IMG/VR virus record: IMGVR_UViG_3300049793_000053
Span: 1 to 58,921 of that record
Strand: one strand, 5' to 3'
From: a virus
Lineage: Duplodnaviria; Caudoviricetes
DNA length: 58,921 nt
Shown: positions 52,832 to 58,921 of the stretch, one piece after another
Layout: each line of letters opens with the position of its first letter
How positions within the stretch are numbered: the first letter of the stretch is position 1
Program-made: the position numbers and the translations under genes
Notes under the pieces: model-generated
Databases searched by the model: none
What the model was told of the DNA's origin: nothing
What the model saw: the letters and a program-made list of their open reading frames with translations, nothing else

Positions 52832-53052
52832 TATCCCGCCTTCGACGCGTTGGCGTTGGCGATGTCGTCGGTCGCAAGCTTGCGGAGGTACGCGCCGGCG
52901 CCGCGCTCACCGAAGCCGAGCGCCTTCGCGCGACGCTGCCAGCGGGCGAGCTCGGGATCCGTCGTACGCACCATGTAGCGCACGTCGAGCGTCGACTTCG
53001 GGTTCGGGTTCGGCCGCGGTGCGCGGGCTTTCTTCGGATTCGCTTTCGTCAT
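52831..53052 (-). CDS. Small RHH/MobC-like regulator
   Basis: RYMVRTTDPELARWQRRAKALG....GAYLRKLA. Confidence 0.6.
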   Translation of the reverse strand: MTKANPKKARAPRPNPNPKSTLDVRYMVRTTDPELARWQRRAKALGFGERGAGAYLRKLATDDIANANASKAG

Positions 53053-53061
53053 GATCTTTCC

Positions 53062-53093
53062 CTTGTACGCCGCGGCTGCGGCGATTGTCAACA
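53062..53093 (-). promoter_or_regulatory. Sigma70-like promoter with operator half-site
   Basis: TGTTGACA, then N18-TACAAG upstream of ATG 53052. Confidence 0.55.
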
Positions 53094-53096
53094 GCA

Positions 53097-54071
53097 TCAC
53101 TCGGGGAAACCGGCCGCACGATGCGCGACGGCTTCCTCGAGAGAATCGTAGAGCTCGACATCGAACCAGCCCGCGGCGTGTGCGGCGTCGAGCTCGAGCT
53201 CGCGCACGTCGTCGGAGTAGCGTGACAGCGCGTGCGCCTTGATCTCCGTTGCGCCGCGCACGCCGGCAAACCGCGCCTCGTCCTGATAGCGCGTGAGCAC
53301 GCGAGGCCCGTAGCCCGGTCCGTTCTTGCGACCGACGAGGCCGGGCACGAGCGCGGAGTCGGACGTGATCTCAGCGTTCGGACGGATCGACTTGATCGCG
53401 CGGATCGCATCCCAGTAGCGGCCGCCGCGCGCCTTCGGTCCGATACCGAGCAAGTGCAGACGCGCGCCATACCACGGCAGCGACGCACAGAAGTGGCGTA
53501 GATCATCGATCGACGTCGCGGCTTTCATCATGGGGATCCCGGCGATCGGTGCCTCGCGCAAGCCGAGGATCGCGCACTCGCGCGCGTACATTTCGGACAT
53601 CGGGATCTCGCCACCCTGAACGACAACGATGATCCGGGCGCGCGTCGAAGCGACGGCCGCGACGTTCACGGCGTACCGCTCGAGTCGCGCGAGCGTGTCG
53701 AGCTGATTGCCGACGTGGTCGGGCGCGACAACGAGCGCGCGCGTGCGGAAGTTGATCCCGGCCCACATGTAGAGCTCGAACCGCTCGAGCCAATCCGCGT
53801 GCGTGATCGGAGCAACGTCAACGAGCCGACCGAGCTCCTCATCGAAGTCGACCTCTGAGAACGCCGCCGAATCGACGAACAGCTCGGTGACGCCGCCGGC
53901 GCGCAACTCGAGCGCGTCGAGCAACGGCTTGCGCGCCTCGCCGCACGTGATCCCGATGTTGCCGCACAGGCCATCGACCTCGCCCGGATGGTTGATTCCG
54001 CTCGCGAAGTGGCGGCCGATCTGCTCGAGCTCGGTAGGGAACGCGACGTCGGGGCGGTACTTGTTCGACAT
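53097..54071 (-). CDS. TGT-fold / DpdA-like transglycosylase (7-deazaguanine DNA modification family)
   Basis: LFVDSAAFS, VVAPDHVGN..TL, VVVQGG, LHLLGIG, ITSDS in the order seen in TGT/DpdA TIM barrels. Confidence 0.68.
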   Translation of the reverse strand: MSNKYRPDVAFPTELEQIGRHFASGINHPGEVDGLCGNIGITCGEARKPLLDALELRAGGVTELFVDSAAFSEVDFDEELGRLVDVAPITHADWLERFELYMWAGINFRTRALVVAPDHVGNQLDTLARLERYAVNVAAVASTRARIIVVVQGGEIPMSEMYARECAILGLREAPIAGIPMMKAATSIDDLRHFCASLPWYGARLHLLGIGPKARGGRYWDAIRAIKSIRPNAEITSDSALVPGLVGRKNGPGYGPRVLTRYQDEARFAGVRGATEIKAHALSRYSDDVRELELDAAHAAGWFDVELYDSLEEAVAHRAAGFPE

Positions 54072-54108
54072 GAGAACATCCTAGCTACGTCTGTTGACGT
54101 TGTCAACA
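54072..54108 (-). promoter_or_regulatory. Leaderless sigma70 promoter with operator
   Basis: TTGACA-N17-TAGGAT-N6-ATG; TGTTGACAACGTCAACA overlaps the -35. Confidence 0.85.
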
Positions 54109-54113
54109 GCTAG

Positions 54114-54374
54114 TTACCCGATCGGTACCCGAGGGTCGAGAGTCGCGAGGAGCTGTGCCGTGATCGTGCGTTCCTGATCGGCAGCGTCGACTTTGTCGGC
54201 GAGCTCGACGGCACCATAGATCAGCGACGTCAAGCAACGCCGCGTGTCCTTGGAGCACGCGCACGCCGTGATCAACGTAGCGAGCTGATCGAGGTTGATG
54301 ATCGAGGTGCCGGTCGCGCTCGCGATCGCGTTGATGTCGCGCACAACCTTTGTCATTCGTGGATCGATGGGCAT
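54114..54374 (-). CDS. Hypothetical early protein
   Basis: Has its own promoter. Confidence 0.6.
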   Translation of the reverse strand: MPIDPRMTKVVRDINAIASATGTSIINLDQLATLITACACSKDTRRCLTSLIYGAVELADKVDAADQERTITAQLLATLDPRVPIG

Positions 54375-54411
54375 GCGACTACTCTAGCCACGTCGGTTGA
54401 CGTTGTCAACA
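54375..54411 (-). promoter_or_regulatory. Leaderless sigma70 promoter with operator
   Basis: TTGACA-N17-TAGAGT-N6-ATG. Confidence 0.85.
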
Positions 54412-54854
54412 GACTTGAGCTCGAGCGTGCGAGGCCACGTGGCAAGCGGCCGCCGGCGTGGTAGCCATTCGTCGTGCAGGAACATCCCGAGGCCGGGCGG
54501 TGCGATCATCCTTGACGAGAAACGCATCTCGGGGCGTCCGAAACGATCGCTTGCCGAGCTCTGCACGAACCGTGGCGGCCGCAGCCATTCGGATTGCATG
54601 CGCGCTAGCCCGAGTGACATCGAATGCCGCGGCTCGATCGACAGCAGCATCGGTGACAGTCCGCTCGACAGCAGACGCTCGGCGAGCGCGATGCGGTAGC
54701 GAACCATCGCGGCGATCTTCGGATCGTTGTCGGCGAGGAACAACGCGAAGTCGATCCCGTGCGTCCCCTCGCTGCGCGGCGCGACGTACGGCGGCCGCGA
54801 CTTGAAGCGATCGGCGTCGTCGCGCCACCATCGCACCGGCGTCGTCTTGCTCAT
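54384..54854 (-). CDS. Hypothetical protein
   Basis: MSKTTPVRWW...; AAGGA SD. Confidence 0.55.
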   Translation of the reverse strand: MSKTTPVRWWRDDADRFKSRPPYVAPRSEGTHGIDFALFLADNDPKIAAMVRYRIALAERLLSSGLSPMLLSIEPRHSMSLGLARMQSEWLRPPRFVQSSASDRFGRPEMRFSSRMIAPPGLGMFLHDEWLPRRRPLATWPRTLELKSVDNVNRRG

Positions 54855-55504
54855 GGTGTCAGATCCTTTCGCCACGCTTCGTTCCGTCGCCGCACACGCT
54901 CGAGCTCGAGCTCCTTCGCGTAGCAATTCCACGCTTCCATCTGCCGCTCGGCGAACAAGAACGCCACATCGATGTCGTCGGTGCGGACGTTCGCGACCGG
55001 AGGCCGGAGCACGCTCGTCGCGCAGCGCGGGCACGTCTGCGATACACGACTGCAATAGTGGTGGTCGTACGCGAGCTGCATCGCAAGCAGCTCGATCACT
55101 TTCGACGGCACACCCCAATCCGGCTCGTGCAAGCCGAGGCGTTTCCTCGGCGAGCCGCACTCGGGCATCCGGCACACGTACGTGACGACGACCGCGAGCG
55201 TGTCGTAGTCGCGCTCGAGCTCGTAGGCGAACGTCCCCGGATAGATCGGCTGCCGGATCTCAGTCGCTCGCTTGAGCACGCGGTGCCAATCGATCTCCGG
55301 CGGCTGCGTCACACCGAACATCGTGTCGCGGATCTCGCGATCCTCCGGTGTTGACGCACCCATCGGGCGCATCCGCGCTTGCATTTTCGCGTTGTAGCTC
55401 GGCGTGCGCGCGTGGTGAACCGCTCGATCGATCTCGTGCGTGCCGTGCTCCTCGCACAGCTGCTGAACCTGTGCGGCGATCCGCTGCTGCCGTGTGCGGC
55501 TCAT
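54851..55504 (-). CDS. Hypothetical protein with Cys motifs
   Basis: CRMPEC, HYC, CPRC. Confidence 0.55.
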   Translation of the reverse strand: MSRTRQQRIAAQVQQLCEEHGTHEIDRAVHHARTPSYNAKMQARMRPMGASTPEDREIRDTMFGVTQPPEIDWHRVLKRATEIRQPIYPGTFAYELERDYDTLAVVVTYVCRMPECGSPRKRLGLHEPDWGVPSKVIELLAMQLAYDHHYCSRVSQTCPRCATSVLRPPVANVRTDDIDVAFLFAERQMEAWNCYAKELELERVRRRNEAWRKDLTP

Positions 55505-56364
55505 GACACCGTCGGGCGCAGATGGAGCTCGTGCATCGCGATCGCGAACCGAGCGAGCGCCTCGACGGGGATCGACGTCGACGCTTTCGTATTGGCGATC
55601 AGCTCGCCCATCGCGTTCGCGAGCGACGCGGCGCGCGTGTGGATGTCACCGATCGAGCACTCGGTGTGCTGGTCGTCGGTGCGGCCGTCGCAGGCCGGAT
55701 GCCCGAGCTCGTGCGCGACATCGGCCGCGCACTGGTCGAGCGTGAACAGCACGCGCCACTGACACCGGCCGCCGAGCGACAGACCGTCGGGCATCGCGTG
55801 CCAGTCGGTCGACTCGATCAGATGCTCGAGCTCACCGACACCGGCGCCGATGCGCGCGAGCTCGAGCCGCAGATCGCCGAGTCCCGATCCGAGGTCGAGC
55901 AGCGCGGCGATCCGATCCGACAGCTTCGTCGGTGCCGGCGGCGGCGACGCATCGATCATGTACGCGTGCCGCAGGATCAGCCGCTTCGCTTCGGCGCGCG
56001 GGATGCGGAGGATGTTCGCGACGACAAGGTAGACGTCGAACGTGAACGTGCTCGAGCTCGGCGCGGTCGGCGGCGGCCCCATGTTCGGTTCGTCGTCGCC
56101 GGACCTGCCGTGCCAATCGTCCTGCGATCGGGGGAAACCGTGATCGCACTTGCTGCACTGCTCGTACTCACCGTGGCGGCCGCCGTACGGACACCGCTCG
56201 AGCTCGGCCTTGCGGCGCGACTCGAGCTCGCGCACGGCGCGGATCGCGAGCGTCTGCAACACGCGGCATTCTTCGACGGTGGCATCAGCGTCGAACGCGA
56301 CGTCGAATTTTCGCAGCGCTGTCATTTCCTCGTCGGTCAGTGGAACGTCGTTCGGATGGCTCAT
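55501..56364 (-). CDS. Hypothetical multi-domain protein
   Basis: MSHPNDVPLT...; ATGA coupling. Confidence 0.55.
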   Translation of the reverse strand: MSHPNDVPLTDEEMTALRKFDVAFDADATVEECRVLQTLAIRAVRELESRRKAELERCPYGGRHGEYEQCSKCDHGFPRSQDDWHGRSGDDEPNMGPPPTAPSSSTFTFDVYLVVANILRIPRAEAKRLILRHAYMIDASPPPAPTKLSDRIAALLDLGSGLGDLRLELARIGAGVGELEHLIESTDWHAMPDGLSLGGRCQWRVLFTLDQCAADVAHELGHPACDGRTDDQHTECSIGDIHTRAASLANAMGELIANTKASTSIPVEALARFAIAMHELHLRPTVS

Positions 56365-56699
56365 GGTGCCCTCGCAATGAAGTAGTGGATCTCTTGCAGA
56401 CCGCAGCGGCAAACGCCGGTGCTCGTCGTCGCGCCGTTGTAGGTCGCCCACTCGAAATCGTGCTCGACGTTCGCGAGCGAGCACGCCGAGTGATCGTTCG
56501 AGAACGTCGGCGGTGCGAAGCCGTACCACGGACACTCGTCGCTGTGGCCGAGCTTCGCGACGCTGTGGCCTTCGTCGCACTCGCACTCGCCGCGCGATCG
56601 TCCGAGCGTCGGACGTCCCACGAGATCGATCGCGGCAACGCTCGAGCTCGCACGCCGCTCGGCGCCAACCATGCGGCGAAGGAAGTCGAGCGCGCTCAC
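56361..56699 (-). CDS. Cys/His-rich small protein
   Basis: CEC..H..H..C; CRCG. Confidence 0.5.
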   Translation of the reverse strand: MSALDFLRRMVGAERRASSSVAAIDLVGRPTLGRSRGECECDEGHSVAKLGHSDECPWYGFAPPTFSNDHSACSLANVEHDFEWATYNGATTSTGVCRCGLQEIHYFIARAP

Positions 56700-57268
56700 G
56701 GAGCTATCCGCTCGCACAAGCGACACACGAGCGCACCGCCGACGTCGCGATACACCGCATTCGTGCCGCACGCACAGCGCGCGCGCTCACCACCGAGCGG
56801 GCGCCCGCACTGGCGACAGATCACCTCACCGTTGCCACCGATCACGGTGGCGAATCCGCCGCAGATGCACGTTGGCAGATTGCCGGTCGGCAACGGCGGT
56901 ACGCGCTCACGCTCGATGCGTAGCGTCGAGCGGGTGTCGTTGCGCTTCGCATCCTCCGTCTTCGTCGCGACGAGCTTGATCAACTCCTCGATCAACTGTT
57001 GTGCAGCGCCGGTGCCGCACAGGTTGATCACACGCTCGATCGCTTCGAGATCGGTGATACGTCGCGCCGCGATCGCGTCGGTGTACACGTTGACGGCGCC
57101 GTCAACGATCAGCTCGTCGAGGTAGACGTCGAGTTTGATCTTCGCGATCGGGAGCTCGCCGGCGACGATGTCGACGTTGACGGCTTGGACGTTGTTAAGT
57201 TGCACGCCGTCGAGCACGACGTACGTGCCTTCCGGTGTGCCGTCGCTCTTGATCGATACGCGGTTCAC
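56696..57268 (-). CDS. Hypothetical protein with C-terminal Zn-ribbon repeats
   Basis: CICGG..CRQC; CACG..CRLC. Confidence 0.55.
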   Translation of the reverse strand: MNRVSIKSDGTPEGTYVVLDGVQLNNVQAVNVDIVAGELPIAKIKLDVYLDELIVDGAVNVYTDAIAARRITDLEAIERVINLCGTGAAQQLIEELIKLVATKTEDAKRNDTRSTLRIERERVPPLPTGNLPTCICGGFATVIGGNGEVICRQCGRPLGGERARCACGTNAVYRDVGGALVCRLCERIAP

Positions 57269-57624
57269 GCGACACCATCGGGGCGGTAGCATGCGGCGAT
57301 GTTGCGCGCGGCGCGGCCGCCGGCCGGCGAGAACAGCGCGAGGCGCTCGACGGTCGTGACCACGCCGAACAGCGACAGCCGCACGTAGCCGGCGCGGATC
57401 ATCGGCGCCACATCCGGGTGCGCGATCACGAAGTCGAACCACGGCGGGGCCGAGCACATGACGAGCTTTCCATCGTCGTTGAACAAGCGACAGTGCGGAT
57501 CTTCGAGGACACGAACCGGGTAGACGATCGGCGCGTTGCTCGTGTTGTTCGTCAGTCCGGTGAACATCGCGAGATCCTCGTCGGGGGCATAGCTGAACCC
57601 GAGGCCGAGCGCGCGATCGCTCAC
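57265..57624 (-). CDS. Hypothetical protein
   Basis: GTGA-coupled ORF. Confidence 0.5.
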   Translation of the reverse strand: MSDRALGLGFSYAPDEDLAMFTGLTNNTSNAPIVYPVRVLEDPHCRLFNDDGKLVMCSAPPWFDFVIAHPDVAPMIRAGYVRLSLFGVVTTVERLALFSPAGGRAARNIAACYRPDGVA

Positions 57625-58013
57625 GGCCAACACGCCGCCGGCGCGTAGGCTGTCCCATCGCACGCGGCATCCTCGTAGGTCGCGACGCACGACTCGAACG
57701 CCGCAAGGTCACCGGGGAACGGTGCCGACTCGTCGAGCGTCGTGCACGTCGTCTGTCCGTTGTCCGACTTCGCACACGGTTGCAGGATCGCTTTCGTCAT
57801 GTTGACGACGCAGGTCGGCTCGTAGCTGCCGGCGATCGCATCGCATGCGACGGCGCGACGACAGTCGGCTTGCGCTTCGAGGTTCGCAGCCTCGCCGATC
57901 GTCGCGGTGTCGGGCGCATCGACCGAGCAGCCGAACAACTGCATTCCGGCGAACACGGCGATCGCCGTGCAGAGAGCAAGCAGGATGCCGCGCGTGATCG
58001 TGTGGGTTCTCAT
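57621..58013 (-). CDS. Cys-rich lipoprotein
   Basis: Signal peptide ending in lipobox LFGC; multiple paired Cys. Confidence 0.7.
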   Translation of the reverse strand: MRTHTITRGILLALCTAIAVFAGMQLFGCSVDAPDTATIGEAANLEAQADCRRAVACDAIAGSYEPTCVVNMTKAILQPCAKSDNGQTTCTTLDESAPFPGDLAAFESCVATYEDAACDGTAYAPAACWP

Positions 58014-58216
58014 GACGAGGACTCTGCCACGTTGCAGACGTGCTCGTCATGGAGTTTGATCGCCGCAGCGAACCGCGGCGCGTCCGAGACGATGCCGCAC
58101 GCACACTCGATCAGGATCGACGGGGCATCCGGATCACAGAGGCCGACGACCGCGACCCATCGGCGCGCAGCGGCCGCGGTTGACGGCGGCGGTTCAGGTT
58201 CAGACATGATGCACAT
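58010..58216 (-). CDS. Small hypothetical protein
   Basis: Downstream of an operator/promoter; CACG..H..H motif; true start may be ATG 58207. Confidence 0.5.
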   Translation of the reverse strand: MCIMSEPEPPPSTAAAARRWVAVVGLCDPDAPSILIECACGIVSDAPRFAAAIKLHDEHVCNVAESSS

Positions 58217-58246
58217 GGTTACATTCTCCGGTTGACGTTGTCAACA
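58216..58246 (-). promoter_or_regulatory. Sigma70-like promoter with operator
   Basis: TGTTGACAACGTCAACC; TTGACA-N17-TAACCA. Confidence 0.7.
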
Positions 58247-58255
58247 GCTTGAGCG

Positions 58256-58531
58256 CTAGTCTTCGCCGAGCGGCTTGCCGTCGGCACCGCGCAGCACGAC
58301 GCGACGTCGGTCGTTGAGGATTTTGGCGCAGAGCTCGCGCGCTTTCAGCGTGTTGCGGATCCCCTGTTCACCCCAAACACGCACCGCGTCGCGGTCTTTG
58401 ATGTCGCGGATCGCGACACCGTAGAAGTGCTCGCGCGTCCCGAACGGACAGTGCTCCTCCGGGGTCGCCACGTGGCATGCGGTGCCAATCTGCTCGGGGC
58501 TGATCGTGTCGGCCGTGATCGCTTTCGTCAT
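58256..58531 (-). CDS. Hypothetical early protein
   Basis: Has its own leaderless promoter. Confidence 0.65.
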   Translation of the reverse strand: MTKAITADTISPEQIGTACHVATPEEHCPFGTREHFYGVAIRDIKDRDAVRVWGEQGIRNTLKARELCAKILNDRRRVVLRGADGKPLGED

Positions 58532-58568
58532 GCGTACATCCTAGCTACGTCTGTTGACGTTGTCAACA
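58532..58568 (-). promoter_or_regulatory. Leaderless sigma70 promoter with operator
   Basis: 33 bp identical to 54076-54108; TTGACA-N17-TAGGAT-N6-ATG. Confidence 0.85.
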
Positions 58569-58577
58569 CCAATCGAA

Positions 58578-58921
58578 CTACGACGCGAACGTCGCTCCGA
58601 TCTCGGACGGCTTGAGCGTCGCGACGCGCTTGCCGAACCGCACGCGCAGCATCGGCACCGCGGTGTCCGCGACGTACGACTCGATCACGCCGTGCTCGCC
58701 GGCGTGGTAGCACGCGCAGCCGACCATGGCGATCGCGTGCGCGATGGCGCGCTCGGCGAGAATCTTGACGCACGCGCGAGCATCGCAGCGGTAGCCGTTG
58801 AGTGCGCGAAACGCGATGTTGGCGGTGCGCTTGTCGCCGATCGCGCGCGAGTACTCGAGCAGACCCTTGACGGCCGCGTAGTCGAGGCCGGCGTAGGTCG
58901 TTTCATTCGTGGTCTTGTTCG
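58578..58921 (-). CDS. Hypothetical protein, 5'-truncated by the window edge
   Basis: Open frame ...NKTTNETTYAGLDYAAVKGLLEY...IGATFAS*, not listed in the ORF track. Confidence 0.6.
   Translation of the reverse strand, partial: NKTTNETTYAGLDYAAVKGLLEYSRAIGDKRTANIAFRALNGYRCDARACVKILAERAIAHAIAMVGCACYHAGEHGVIESYVADTAVPMLRVRFGKRVATLKPSEIGATFAS

Noticed and set aside
54076-58568. 33-bp direct repeat as att sites or terminal repeats
   Set aside because: Both copies are fully explained as -35/-10 promoters at identical distance from ATG starts, and no integrase is seen.
1-58921. Stop-codon reassignment
   Set aside because: Core genes (TerL, major capsid, PolA, helicases, tape measure) are full length in the standard code, and TAG, TGA and TAA all act as stops.

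Overview
This window is a near-complete, high-GC, long-tailed (siphovirus-type) dsDNA phage genome, cut inside a gene at the right edge. The + strand (about 250-34,250) carries packaging, head and tail genes and a possible lysis block: TerS, TerL, portal, gpF-like head protein, protease with nested scaffold, decoration protein, major capsid, neck and tail tube, frameshifted tail chaperones, tape measure, hub, a 1,895-aa tail tip, membrane proteins and a papain-like peptidase. The - strand (about 34,240-58,921) carries early, replication and DNA-metabolism genes: primase-helicase, family A polymerase (Leu762 type), SNF2 and RecD/Dda-like helicases, a putative SSB, MazG-like and HAD nucleotidases, two methyltransferase-like genes, a TGT/DpdA-like protein, a UDG-like protein, a 2H phosphoesterase and an NlpC/P60-CHAP hydrolase. 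A stand-alone sigma70 region-4 protein and an RHH protein resemble families I recall from Myxococcota, suggesting a myxobacterial host (inference). No integrase, reverse transcriptase, CRISPR array or canonical tRNA was found. The most interesting unexplained signals are: (1) a tRNA-like cloverleaf at 48,137-48,224 whose 'anticodon' loop can pair with the start region of the downstream helicase gene; (2) a recurrent palindrome TGTTGAC-N3-GTCAACA inside leaderless sigma70 promoters, contrasted with a TTGCCG-type promoter class in the structural arm; (3) a DpdA-like gene without precursor-synthesis genes, plus a UDG-like/2H/methyltransferase cluster; (4) a promoter-linked structured RNA candidate in the tail operon. 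All family calls come from motif recognition by eye, not database searches.
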